Shown here: positions 1 through 8,950 of the stretch, in pieces | Numbering within the stretch: the stretch's first letter is position 1 | Layout of the letters: each line of letters opens with the position of its first letter | Virus record (IMG/VR): IMGVR_UViG_3300033056_000008 | Span: 1-46,386 of that record | From: a virus | DNA length: 46,386 bases | Direction: 5' to 3' (one strand) | The notes under the pieces: generated by a model | Databases searched by the model: none | Seen by the model: the letters and a program-made list of their open reading frames with translations, nothing else | Told to the model about the DNA's origin: nothing | Program-made: the position numbers and the translations under genes

Positions 1-1317
1 TTATTCTCCGTAAATGTTGCCGTGCTGGCTACCATATAATTCACTATAGACTTTTTCAGCATAAAAGTCTGTCATTCCTGAAATATAATCCGAAATAAAT
101 CTGCTCCATCCCCATGGTTCAGGGTTAGTATCGTATCGTTTAACCCAATCATAAGGAAGTATTTTCTTCGCAGATTCTTCATCCTTGAATGCTTCCCATA
201 ACCCATTAATTATTATTTCTCCACGTTTTTGCAATCGTTGCACCCTCATATCATTTACTAAAGTAACCCAAACCAGTTTCTTTAGTATTAACATTTTCCG
301 TAACGAAACTACATCTTCTTCACCGTCTTGAACAAAAGTAATTTTGTACCAATCTCCATCTTCCATTATTCCAACTTTATTGGCAAACTCATCTACATAA
401 AGTGCTTTTATTTCTTGTCTTACAAGTGATTGATCATTTGTTACTTTGAATACCCGTTCCCAATTTGCCAAATACTCTTCTAAAACTTTAGATATTTCGC
501 TTTCGATATCCACATCCTTCCAAATATTTTCACTTTTTTGTTTCATTATTTCGTTTTTTAGATCATTTTGTAACTTGGGACTCCACAGGAATGAATGGTC
601 TATTCTAATCTTTCCTGATTTTATTCCATCTTCAATGTCATGTGTAGAATAGGCAATATCATCAGACAGATCCATTAGTTGCGCTTCTAAAGTACTTTTG
701 TCTTTAGGCATATCCCATGCATTTCTTATTTCTGAAATTTGTCTCCATTCTGAATTATACAAACCTTTTTTTCTGGTCTGGCTAATATCAAATGGGTATT
801 TGTTTACTGCAAGTAAAACTGCATTTGTTAAATTTAATCCATCTAATCCCGCAAATTTCTTTTCAAGAAACATGAGTATACGGAAGTTTTGTGCATTACC
901 TTCATAATACATTCCGCTTTTACGCAAAATATCATTAAGATCATGCTCCCCCTTATGACCAAAAGGAGGATGACCAAGATCATGGGCTAAAGAAGCGCAT
1001 TCAACAACACGTGGGTCAATACAGAGTCCTGGGTTATCAGGCATAACATTTTCTTTCATTTCATTGCTTAACCTTATAGCTATTTGTTTTGCAATCTGAG
1101 CTACTTCTAGGGAATGAGTAAGTCGGTTTCGATAATAATCACCCGACCCAGCACCAAACACTTGAGATTTCCCTTGAAGTCTTCTAAAAGATGGAGAGTG
1201 GATCAATCTTCCGTAGTCCCTATCAAATTCACTTCTTGTTCCACTCCCTCTATTTGTACCTTCATTTTGATGTATTCTGCTTAATCTTAGCTCTTCTGTT
1301 TTTGAAATCTTCTCCAT
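1..1317 (-). CDS. dgt: dGTP triphosphohydrolase (HD-domain dNTPase, Dgt family)
   Basis: Canonical motifs RDYGRLIHSPSFRRLQGKSQV, RNRLTHSLEVAQ, AHDLGHPPFGH, EGNAQNFRIL, DLSDDIAYSTHDIED, DYISGMTD; GAGGAG RBS. Confidence 0.93.
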   Translation of the reverse strand: MEKISKTEELRLSRIHQNEGTNRGSGTRSEFDRDYGRLIHSPSFRRLQGKSQVFGAGSGDYYRNRLTHSLEVAQIAKQIAIRLSNEMKENVMPDNPGLCIDPRVVECASLAHDLGHPPFGHKGEHDLNDILRKSGMYYEGNAQNFRILMFLEKKFAGLDGLNLTNAVLLAVNKYPFDISQTRKKGLYNSEWRQISEIRNAWDMPKDKSTLEAQLMDLSDDIAYSTHDIEDGIKSGKIRIDHSFLWSPKLQNDLKNEIMKQKSENIWKDVDIESEISKVLEEYLANWERVFKVTNDQSLVRQEIKALYVDEFANKVGIMEDGDWYKITFVQDGEEDVVSLRKMLILKKLVWVTLVNDMRVQRLQKRGEIIINGLWEAFKDEESAKKILPYDWVKRYDTNPEPWGWSRFISDYISGMTDFYAEKVYSELYGSQHGNIYGE

Positions 1318-1353
1318 TTGTTTCTCCTCATTTCTGTAGATTTTCTATTTATT

Positions 1354-2574
1354 TTATAAGTTAATAACAGGGTCAGGTAATAAAATATTTTCATTTCCTT
1401 TCGCTTTGCGAAAGTCACCAATTAAAATACTTTTCTCTTCATCAGTAAACTGAATACCAACCATATAAGCAATAATTCTTGCAGCTAATTTACGAGCTGT
1501 TCTATTTGCTTTAATCCTTCCATTAGGCTCGTACATCACATTTTGCCAAATTTCCGCATCAGATCGCCAATCAACTTTATTAAATCTAGCTATTAATTCT
1601 TTCAATTCAATATTATGTTCAAGGCAGATCTGAACTGATTCAAGTAGTGTCATTTGTCCTACAGGCTTACCAACTAGCATGGTTTCACGTAGTTTATTTA
1701 CCTCAGTGGAATTAATTAATTCAGTAAAAGGTTCAAAATCCTTTAGTAGACTTTCCCAAACATTTGCTACATAGGAATAATGTTTTTTTAAGTCCTTAGG
1801 AACCTCAGTTTTAGTTAACTTTGTTTTCCGCAGAAGAATTTCAGAACATTCATAAAGAGTTCCAATTGTAGTGAAATGTTTATTTGTTTTGGATAAAGTA
1901 TTTGATCTCCAATTTACCTGGTTCTCCTTAAAAATTGCTTCAGGCCCAATTAAGGTTCTAGCTATTATTGCGAAAGGATCCTCCTCAGATGTAATGATGT
2001 TATCACCCTTGCTTGTCGGTTTAGCATATTTATTAATTTTATTGAAGATTTTTCTGATCTTTTGTGTACTTTCATGCTTTATAAATATTACTGCAACATC
2101 CTCTTTGGCAATATCAGGATTAAAGTCTTCTTCCACTAGATTATCTGTATTATCTCTTCCGGTAATAGCCACCTGGAGAGCCTTAAGTCTGTGTTGACCA
2201 TCTAGGGCAAACATTCGCTCTCCTCCATGTAAAATTAGGAAACCAAAAGGGGTTGCGGCACTTTCATAGAGTTTATTACTACACTTAAATGTTTTCGCTA
2301 ATGGTTCAAAATCTACTCCCGTATCATTATATATATCAACAATCAGCGAATTAAAAAATCTATCTTCATCACCGATTAGATATGGAGCAATCTCAGATTT
2401 TATCCTGTCCCACCTCAATTCTCTTTGAAGTTGCTCTTCTATTGTTAAATCTCTAGTCTCTGGAATCTGATCAGCTGACTTAATATCCTTTATTACATCT
2501 CCTGCTTTCATAGTTGTAATAAAAAACTCGGTGGTCCCAAATTTACCTCTCATACTAGGATATAATTTTGCCAT
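1354..2574 (-). CDS. DGQHR-domain protein (DndB-like, ParB/Srx superfamily)
   Basis: LQR motif (LQRELRWDRI), FFNSLIV, ALDGQHRLKAL, RKIFNKINKYAKP. Confidence 0.9.
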   Translation of the reverse strand: MAKLYPSMRGKFGTTEFFITTMKAGDVIKDIKSADQIPETRDLTIEEQLQRELRWDRIKSEIAPYLIGDEDRFFNSLIVDIYNDTGVDFEPLAKTFKCSNKLYESAATPFGFLILHGGERMFALDGQHRLKALQVAITGRDNTDNLVEEDFNPDIAKEDVAVIFIKHESTQKIRKIFNKINKYAKPTSKGDNIITSEEDPFAIIARTLIGPEAIFKENQVNWRSNTLSKTNKHFTTIGTLYECSEILLRKTKLTKTEVPKDLKKHYSYVANVWESLLKDFEPFTELINSTEVNKLRETMLVGKPVGQMTLLESVQICLEHNIELKELIARFNKVDWRSDAEIWQNVMYEPNGRIKANRTARKLAARIIAYMVGIQFTDEEKSILIGDFRKAKGNENILLPDPVINL

Positions 2575-2575
2575 T

Positions 2576-2905
2576 TTATAGTTGCTCCTTAGAATTTCTA
2601 TATTTTATTTCATTAAAAAGTGGATTCATATTTCTTATATATTTTTCTTCCATATTTACCAGCTCCATTTTTGAAATTGCTAGTAAATACTTAAATCTTA
2701 GCTCTTGGGGGGTTTGTGAAATAAACGGTTTTAACTTTCTATTATGGCTCTTTGAAAGATGTTTTATAAATCTCGTTCTTAGATTTATACTACGCCCTAT
2801 ATAGAGAGTTTGTTTTGTTGTATGTTCATAAATTATATACACACCAGGTAGTTCAGGTATTGCAAACTCACTTCCAATCCGAAATGAACAATCTTTCACT
2901 ATCAT
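2576..2905 (-). CDS. Stand-alone GIY-YIG nuclease (start possibly GTG at 2899)
   Basis: PGVYII...LYIGRSINLRTRFIKH...EEKYI...PLFN; catalytic Y/R/E/N positions present; GGAGGT RBS is better spaced to the GTG. Confidence 0.88.
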   Translation of the reverse strand: MIVKDCSFRIGSEFAIPELPGVYIIYEHTTKQTLYIGRSINLRTRFIKHLSKSHNRKLKPFISQTPQELRFKYLLAISKMELVNMEEKYIRNMNPLFNEIKYRNSKEQL

Positions 2906-2935
2906 TACCTCCCTTATTCGTTTTTTAGCAGCTTA

Positions 2936-2999
2936 AATTTATCACGATTGTACAATCTAGTCAATAAGATTGTACAATTTATTTTTTAATTGTATAATT
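2936..2999 (-). promoter_or_regulatory. SigA-like promoter with three palindromic operator-like sites
   Basis: TTGACT (2959-2964), 17 bp, TGnTAAATT (-10 at 2936-2941); palindromes GATTGTACAATC 2946-2957, GATTGTACAATT 2968-2979, AATTGTATAATT 2988-2999. Confidence 0.65.
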
Positions 3000-3074
3000 T
3001 TTTATCTATCAACTAGTCATTTAATATTAATTTTTCCCTTTGTACTAAATAATATATTAATGTTCTTCTACAAC

Positions 3075-3102
3075 AAAAAAAGCCTTCTCATACGAGTAGG
3101 CT
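3075..3102 (-). terminator. Intrinsic terminator after the small HTH gene
   Basis: AGCCTACTCGTATGAGAAGGCT hairpin followed by a T-run on the - strand. Confidence 0.7.
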
Positions 3103-3350
3103 CATTTTTTCGGTCCAGTTCCTTTTTGCTTCCTGGTCTCAGATAGTTCTTCTTTCAGTTTTAAAACTTCTTCACGCACAAATAAATTTTCTCTTGGCAA
3201 AATCTTAATTGGCACTAATCTACCACTTTCTTTTAGTTGCCCCAGCCTTTGCTTGCTAACATCTAATAATTCGCGTGTTTCAGCCGCTCCGAGGATTTCA
3301 TTGGCAAAGAAATCCTCTAAAGCCTTTCGGCCTTTCAAATTAAATTCCAT
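3102..3350 (-). CDS. Small HTH DNA-binding protein (MerR/excisionase-like)
   Basis: ILGAAETRELLDVSKQRLGQLKESGRLVPI pattern; AAGGAG RBS. Confidence 0.75.
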   Translation of the reverse strand: MEFNLKGRKALEDFFANEILGAAETRELLDVSKQRLGQLKESGRLVPIKILPRENLFVREEVLKLKEELSETRKQKGTGPKK

Positions 3351-3351
3351 G

Positions 3352-3510
3352 TTATTTTCTCCTTAAATCTTTAACAACAATGATAAATGTGTACAGTGTG
3401 ATTACTGTCGCAACGATTGTAACAAAAGTATTTGGGAATATAATACGTGTTGTGATCGCTGCGGCGCTTGCTAGGATCCATGAAGTAATCCAAATTTGTT
3501 TTTTAGTCAT
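3352..3510 (-). CDS. Putative 52-aa membrane peptide (MTKKQIWITSWILASAAAITTRIIFPNTFVTIVATVITLYTFIIVVKDLRRK)
   Basis: Read by hand; two hydrophobic segments; stops 1 bp before the HTH start; no clear RBS. Confidence 0.45.
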   Translation of the reverse strand: MTKKQIWITSWILASAAAITTRIIFPNTFVTIVATVITLYTFIIVVKDLRRK

Positions 3511-3585
3511 ATTGTACGCTAGAATGAGTTATAATGTTTTTAAGGAAGTTGAATGAGTGTCTGCTCATTCAACCCCTCTTTCTTA

Positions 3586-3705
3586 TTAGTCTTCTTTGTT
3601 CTTCTTATCGTTAGCGTCTTTGGACTGTTGCGCAATCCACGCTATTGTTACGATATTGGTTAGAATAGAGAAGACTTTAAACATTATCTCTAGTATTTCT
3701 AGCAT
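3586..3705 (-). CDS. 39-aa single-TM peptide with charged tail (type I toxin-like)
   Basis: Strong RBS GGAGGTGAGG before ATG at 3705; MLEILEIMFKVFSILTNIVTIAWIAQQSKDANDKKNKED. Confidence 0.6.
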   Translation of the reverse strand: MLEILEIMFKVFSILTNIVTIAWIAQQSKDANDKKNKED

Positions 3706-3724
3706 TTCCTCACCTCCTATATTT

Positions 3725-3758
3725 ATATTATAACAACACTTGACCACAGTCAAGTGTT
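3725..3758 (-). promoter_or_regulatory. Promoter overlapped by a 10-bp-arm palindrome (likely operator)
   Basis: AACACTTGAC-CACA-GTCAAGTGTT at 3735-3758; TTGACT (3748-3753), 17 bp, TAATAT (3725-3730) on the - strand. Confidence 0.55.
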
Positions 3759-3803
3759 TAGGTAAAAAAATTGGCATAATTTCTACTTTTTTCTAATAAA
3801 TTA

Positions 3804-4024
3804 AGGCTGTTTTCGTAATGATTGTTGTTTTTACCAATTTACTTTTTTTGGTATTATTATAATATACGGAAAAAGGAGATGATTGGGATTTTGGAGGCTT
3901 TAGGTAACTTTTTTGGTGCTATTGCAACAGCACTATTAGGGAAAAAGAAAAAGTAATAGGGACTTTAGGGGTCCTTTTTCTAAGCTCTCCTTATCATTTT
4001 CAACAATCTATGCGAAAACAGCCT
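3804..4024. mobile_element. MITE-like element with 24-bp terminal inverted repeats
   Basis: AGGCTGTTTTCGTAATGATTGTTG (3804-3827) vs CAACAATCTATGCGAAAACAGCCT (4001-4024), 21/24 complementary; AAATTA directly flanks both ends. Confidence 0.6.
3879..3956 (+). CDS. Putative 21-25 aa amphipathic peptide (MIGILEALGNFFGAIATALLGKKKK)
   Basis: -10-like TATTATTATAAT at 3852-3863, AAGGAG RBS, in-frame ATG 3879 and TTG 3891, then hairpin GGGACTTTAGGGGTCC plus T-run. Confidence 0.45.
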   Translation: MIGILEALGNFFGAIATALLGKKKK

Positions 4025-4068
4025 AAATTAATAAGATGCCCCAAAAATTAGGGCACCCTTTATATATG

Positions 4069-4959
4069 TTATTTCAATTTAATTTCTTGTCCCACTATTA
4101 ATTCCTTTGCATCCACCTTTGGATTGAGTTTAGCTAATGTTCCATGCTTTAAATTCAAATTTTCTTCAATACCCCAAAAAGTATCCCCTTTCTTAATTTT
4201 GTATATCTCAGCAGTTTCCTTTTCACCAAGTTGAAGTTTATCACCAATCTGCAGGGATTTTTCCTCTACATTAGGATTCCACTTTTTAAGCTGAGCAACT
4301 GACACTTTCGCTTTTTGAGAAATGCTCCAAAGTGTATCTCCCTTTTGAATCGTATAGGTATCTGCAACTGGAGTCTTGCTTGTATTAGATGCTGGTTTTT
4401 CCTGTTCAACCTTCTCCAGTTTGAAAGCTTGCACTAAACCATTCACATGCCCTTGAGCAATTTCATCCAAGAAAGCATCATCTTTCAGCAATTTGGCATC
4501 TGCAGGACGGTCAATAAATAAGCTCTCTGTCAAAACTGCTGGCATATTCGTTTGTCTCAATACTGCTAAATTAGCAGCCTTTTTCCCACGGGTTGAACAT
4601 CCATAAGGCTTAATGGCTTTCATAATAGCATCGTGTATCGTGCTTTGGATTTTACCAGTATCAGAAGAAGCAGACACTTGTGTGTAACGATAGTCTTCGT
4701 ATCCAGTTCCACCGCCTGCATTTATATGAATAGACAGAAAGAAATCAGCCCCCCATTTATTCGCATCCACTGCCCGTTGAGTTAATGTTGGGTACGTATC
4801 ACCCGTTCTGCTCAATTTTACAGAAACATTTTTATATCCCTTTAACAACGCTTGAATCTTTTTGGCGATTTTTAAAGTTAAATCTTTTTCTTTCAAACCA
4901 TAGCCTACAGCTCCTGGATCGCTTCCCCCGTGTCCTGGGTCAATAAGTATTTTTGTCAT
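4069..4959 (-). CDS. Endolysin: N-acetylmuramoyl-L-alanine amidase (Amidase_3) with two LysM domains
   Basis: IDPGHGG, EKDLTL, SIHINAGGGTGYE, LTESLFID; YTIQKGDTLWSI and YKIKKGDTFWGI LysM repeats. Confidence 0.95.
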   Translation of the reverse strand: MTKILIDPGHGGSDPGAVGYGLKEKDLTLKIAKKIQALLKGYKNVSVKLSRTGDTYPTLTQRAVDANKWGADFFLSIHINAGGGTGYEDYRYTQVSASSDTGKIQSTIHDAIMKAIKPYGCSTRGKKAANLAVLRQTNMPAVLTESLFIDRPADAKLLKDDAFLDEIAQGHVNGLVQAFKLEKVEQEKPASNTSKTPVADTYTIQKGDTLWSISQKAKVSVAQLKKWNPNVEEKSLQIGDKLQLGEKETAEIYKIKKGDTFWGIEENLNLKHGTLAKLNPKVDAKELIVGQEIKLK

Positions 4960-5009
4960 AATTGTTCAACCTCCATTTTTAAAATAAAGAACAGTCTTTT
5001 TGACTGCTC

Positions 5010-5291
5010 TTACTTTGCGTTTGATAATTTGTTTGCTTTTAAAACTTCTTTTTGTTGCTGTCCTTTAGCTGTTACATAGTTATTCTTAAACCAAGCAACC
5101 AAAGCAGCCACTGCAGTAAGAATAAAACTGCCAACATAGTAAATCATTTCAACAAGGCTTGAAACTTGGTCATCACTAAACGGCAAAGCTTCTTTACCGA
5201 AAACAGCCAATCCTTGGTTTGCAAAAGCCAATAATAAAAGCACTGTCCGAATAACAGTGCCTTTGTCCATCTTTTTTAATGTTTGTAACAT
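5010..5291 (-). CDS. Holin, SPP1 family
   Basis: DKGTVIRTVLLLLAFANQ...AWFKNNYVTAKG. Confidence 0.9.
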   Translation of the reverse strand: MLQTLKKMDKGTVIRTVLLLLAFANQGLAVFGKEALPFSDDQVSSLVEMIYYVGSFILTAVAALVAWFKNNYVTAKGQQQKEVLKANKLSNAK

Positions 5292-5303
5292 GTTCCTTCA
5301 CTC

Positions 5304-5813
5304 CTATTTAATTGATTCATCTTCACTTTTTTCTGGAATAGAAACCCTGGTGTTAGCTCGCTTAATTTTGGAATCAATTTCGCTCGAGACATATTCAATA
5401 GCCCAATTAGGAATATACTTATCCCATCCTGCTCTTGTGAAATTCGCAGTCATAGAATTTAAAGTGTGATACATTAAGCCACCCCAAAACAAGAAGAAGA
5501 TAAGGTTTGGCATAGAAAAGATTTGATCCATTAAAACACCAAAGACAGGTAATAATAGCATTACCATTGTTCTTGCTAATCCTTGCAATCCATAGACACT
5601 GGCATAGCTGCCATCCTTCTTAGAAGCAACGGAACCACTCGTCCAATCAAATGCGATAACAAGCGTTAAAGCTGCCATGCAAAGCAAATTGTAAGTTGTT
5701 CCCCCATAAAGCCAAGTCAAAAACCCACCAACTCCACTCGCTAGAAATGCTGCGGCACCCATTTTGACATTGAATAGTTCGCTAATGTTAAATATCTCTT
5801 TGTATGAAAACAC
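5304..5813 (-). CDS. Phage holin family 4-like membrane protein
   Basis: Several TM segments, D-W-T-S-G motif, position in the lysis cassette. Confidence 0.8.
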   Translation of the reverse strand: MFSYKEIFNISELFNVKMGAAAFLASGVGGFLTWLYGGTTYNLLCMAALTLVIAFDWTSGSVASKKDGSYASVYGLQGLARTMVMLLLPVFGVLMDQIFSMPNLIFFLFWGGLMYHTLNSMTANFTRAGWDKYIPNWAIEYVSSEIDSKIKRANTRVSIPEKSEDESIK

Positions 5814-5872
5814 TGCTATTCTCTCCCTAATATAAAATAGCGCTACTATTTAGCAGCGCTTTGTTCCCCTGT

Positions 5873-6100
5873 TTATTCGGATACCGTTGATTGTTCATTT
5901 GTTTCTGCGACTGGTGTTGTTTCTACTGGAGATTCTTCCACTGGCTGTTCTTCTGGAGTTTCCACGACTGTTTCTGTTGGCTGCTCCTCGGCAACATCCT
6001 GGATTCCTAATTCCCTTTTTACGTCAGCTTGAAATGCTGAAGGGACTTGATCGATAGACATATACTTAAGTCTAACTGCGGTACATAGCATGTTAAGCAT
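5873..6100 (-). CDS. Small tail-associated protein with acidic tail
   Basis: Overlaps the upstream gene, follows the tail fibre; IDQVPSAFQADV motif. Confidence 0.55.
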   Translation of the reverse strand: MLNMLCTAVRLKYMSIDQVPSAFQADVKRELGIQDVAEEQPTETVVETPEEQPVEESPVETTPVAETNEQSTVSE

Positions 6101-6338
6101 TGGCGTTTCCCCCTTTTAATTCGTCAATTTGTTTTTGTAATTCTGTGTTTTGCAACATAACTAAAGAAAGCATGTTTGCCGTAGCATCCATGCTTTCCAT
6201 CATCAAGGAAACCAAGTTTCCCATTACTTCAATGCTTGAGCTTTCTTTTAGCTCTGCAACTTCCTTTTCGAATTCATCCCTGCTTTTTCCAAGCTTTTGG
6301 AGTGTTATCTCTAATAATTCCTCTGAAATTGTTTCCAT
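6093..6338 (-). CDS. Hypothetical coiled-coil protein (possible tail fibre chaperone)
   Basis: Position after the fibre gene; heptad-like C-terminus. Confidence 0.55.
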   Translation of the reverse strand: METISEELLEITLQKLGKSRDEFEKEVAELKESSSIEVMGNLVSLMMESMDATANMLSLVMLQNTELQKQIDELKGGNANA

Positions 6339-6339
6339 C

Positions 6340-8937
6340 TTACAACCCTCCAGCCTTTAATCTTTTGATAATGTCATATATCAATTGGGCATTGATACTT
6401 ATATCTCTTCTGTTATCCTCGGTTGCCTTGATATTATCATCTAAAGCAGTTCGAATGTTGTTTGCAAACGTTGCAGATGCTGTTATAGCGTTTGTAGTAA
6501 GTTGACTTCTGTCAAATACTACATAGGTAACGTAATAATCAGCTGTTGGATCAATGTCTGCTGTTTTCTTAGCTGCATATACCCTTCCTCTTGTGTTAGC
6601 CAAAGTCCCACCAATAATCCAGCCTTTATCTAATGTTTGTCCTTTATATATAGCAAGTATGGATAATGTCGGATATTTAAGCCATGTATTTTGTGAGCCA
6701 AAGGTTGCGTTTATATACGATAAAGTATCACTAGCAGGATACATTGCATTAACTTTTTCCCTGACAATTACCCCACTACCAACTTCAATTTGAGTAATCC
6801 CGTTTATTGTTAGGGCACCTTCTTGTTTTGCTTCTGAAACAGTTGGGTTTGCTAATGCATACAAAACTTTATATGGGGTATATCCAGTAGCCTTATTTGC
6901 TGAAGCGTATGCTAAAGTTTGTGTTGGGGAATCCGTACCATCTACAATACTAATCCAAGCTGTAGGTTTGCCATTGGCATCGACTGTTTTAGCTTTCCAA
7001 CCATTAAAAAATGCTTTCCATTCATCTGGAGTCGGCGGAGCATATGACTCTCCGAAACCTGATTCTATATCTGCCACTGATATTCCTATTTCTGTTGCAG
7101 CAGTTCTCTTTTGTTCATCCCCTTGGACGAAATTGGTATATGGAATAGATTTTAAAATCTTTCCATTATGCTTGGAGACTAAAACAGTTTCTCCACCAAT
7201 ACTATTAGGAATGGTTACTCGCACTGTTTTAAAACCTTCGTAATCTGCACCTGTTGTAAAAGACAATGTGTTATCTATATTGATAGCATCCATTGCCTTT
7301 CTAATAAACATTTTTCCTTCCTGTTGGTACGCTAAATCTTTAATACCACCAAAAGCACCCAACCTTTCCGACAAGAACATATATGATGTGTTCTTAGGCG
7401 TAAATGATTTGACTGTATTTCCTAGTACCAATGTTGGATTGGAAATAATCGTTTTCGTGTTTGCTGTTCCTGGAGCATTAAATACTCTAACCCTTATTCT
7501 TGTCTCATTTGAATCTGTAGTGAATGTGATAGGATTTGAATATTTTCCAGAAGGCACATAGTTGTTATTAAAATCACCTTTCAATATCCTTATACCTGCT
7601 TCGACACTATCTGCTCCTAAACTAAATGTATACTGTTGCCCACCCTTTACCAAAAAATCGTAATCTGTGGCTACTGTCATTGCAACCAATGGGAAGATTT
7701 CTAATGTATAAGGTGCTGTAGCTGTAACATAAGTAGTTCCACCTGTACTACCTAAATTCCACTCATAGAAAGGAGCTAATAAGTTTTCAGAGTCTGCTAA
7801 AACATATGGATTCTGAATATGTTGAATTCCTTCAGCCATTGGATAACGTCTTTGAACTTCATCGGCATTCCAGTTAACAAGGATTTCGTCATACTCTGCC
7901 TTACTAACCTCAAACAATGGAATTCTAGGAGCATGCAATTCTGCAGTTGGTTTTAGTTCAATCTCTAATTCCACATAATCAGCAGATATATAAGATGGAA
8001 CCGAAGCCGAAGCAGGCTCTGCATAGGCAATGAAGTGAACAAATCCATCTGACTGAATCAACGCCATTACAGATGGTGAATCCGTTGCTCCTTGCTGTAA
8101 TCTTGTAGTAGATGCGTTTGTATGAACAGATGATGTAGAGTTTGTCCAAGCTCCACTAGTATATCTTTGCAGACTAACCTTATTACCTGTTGGACCTGAA
8201 CCAAATCCGTGCCAATTGCAAGCAATTCTACTAATGTTTTCTCTTGCCCAAATTACCTTTTCTGCTAATGTATTTTTAGGAATCTTCCCTAAATTTCTTT
8301 CAATTTCTTCAATGATGTTAAACCCGTATTCCAATTGAGACATTGCCCCTGGATTCTCCGCAGATAAGATTTGACTAGAACCGCCTAAAGCAGCGATACT
8401 ACCATAACTAATTGCCTCCAACTCATTAACAAAGGAACTTGGAGCTAATAATGAAGTGCTTCCAGACTGTCCTCCTGCAGTTCTTTTGGCAATGTGAGGG
8501 TTATCCTGTGTCGCTCCAGATGCTTTACTTTCGAAATTAGCAATCCTGGTTATAGCTTGTACTTTAGCATTTACTCCAGGGAATTTATTCACTCCTTGGA
8601 CACTAAGGCTCTCACTCAGCTTAATTTTTGTCTTTTTATCTGCTAAAACATAAAATTTAGCTGCATCCAACTCTGTATTTTGCAATGGGATATGTGTTCT
8701 CCCTTCAATTTGTAAGGATACAGGAGCATTCACATCTCCATTTATAACTTGGATTCCATGGCTAATATTTTGAGTTTGTCTGTTAGCTCCTTCTAACTTC
8801 TGATGAGCAAGATCAATCCCGTTATCCATTTGATTTAATTTGCTTGCACTTACAGGAGTTCCCTGTCGTAATACAACTCCAGTGGTTTCATCTTTTACAT
8901 GGTCTTGCCATCCGACCTTTGTATAATTTTGTGCCAT
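6340..8937 (-). CDS. Tail fibre / receptor-binding protein
   Basis: 865 aa, N-terminal GTPVSASKLNQMDNGI attachment-type motif, beta-rich body, last large gene of the tail module. Confidence 0.75.
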   Translation of the reverse strand: MAQNYTKVGWQDHVKDETTGVVLRQGTPVSASKLNQMDNGIDLAHQKLEGANRQTQNISHGIQVINGDVNAPVSLQIEGRTHIPLQNTELDAAKFYVLADKKTKIKLSESLSVQGVNKFPGVNAKVQAITRIANFESKASGATQDNPHIAKRTAGGQSGSTSLLAPSSFVNELEAISYGSIAALGGSSQILSAENPGAMSQLEYGFNIIEEIERNLGKIPKNTLAEKVIWARENISRIACNWHGFGSGPTGNKVSLQRYTSGAWTNSTSSVHTNASTTRLQQGATDSPSVMALIQSDGFVHFIAYAEPASASVPSYISADYVELEIELKPTAELHAPRIPLFEVSKAEYDEILVNWNADEVQRRYPMAEGIQHIQNPYVLADSENLLAPFYEWNLGSTGGTTYVTATAPYTLEIFPLVAMTVATDYDFLVKGGQQYTFSLGADSVEAGIRILKGDFNNNYVPSGKYSNPITFTTDSNETRIRVRVFNAPGTANTKTIISNPTLVLGNTVKSFTPKNTSYMFLSERLGAFGGIKDLAYQQEGKMFIRKAMDAINIDNTLSFTTGADYEGFKTVRVTIPNSIGGETVLVSKHNGKILKSIPYTNFVQGDEQKRTAATEIGISVADIESGFGESYAPPTPDEWKAFFNGWKAKTVDANGKPTAWISIVDGTDSPTQTLAYASANKATGYTPYKVLYALANPTVSEAKQEGALTINGITQIEVGSGVIVREKVNAMYPASDTLSYINATFGSQNTWLKYPTLSILAIYKGQTLDKGWIIGGTLANTRGRVYAAKKTADIDPTADYYVTYVVFDRSQLTTNAITASATFANNIRTALDDNIKATEDNRRDISINAQLIYDIIKRLKAGGL

Positions 8938-8950
8938 TTAAGTCACTCCT

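Noticed and set aside
1354-2574. Dnd phosphorothioation system
   Set aside because: Only a DndB-like DGQHR gene is present; no dndA/C/D/E or dndFGH in the window.
2576-2905. GIY-YIG as a homing endonuclease or intron ORF
   Set aside because: It has the catalytic domain only, with no DNA-binding tail and no interrupted host gene, and it is the first gene of an operon.
3706-3777. N-terminal extension of the 63-aa ORF 3586-3777
   Set aside because: It overlaps the promoter and operator; the strong RBS points to the ATG at 3705.
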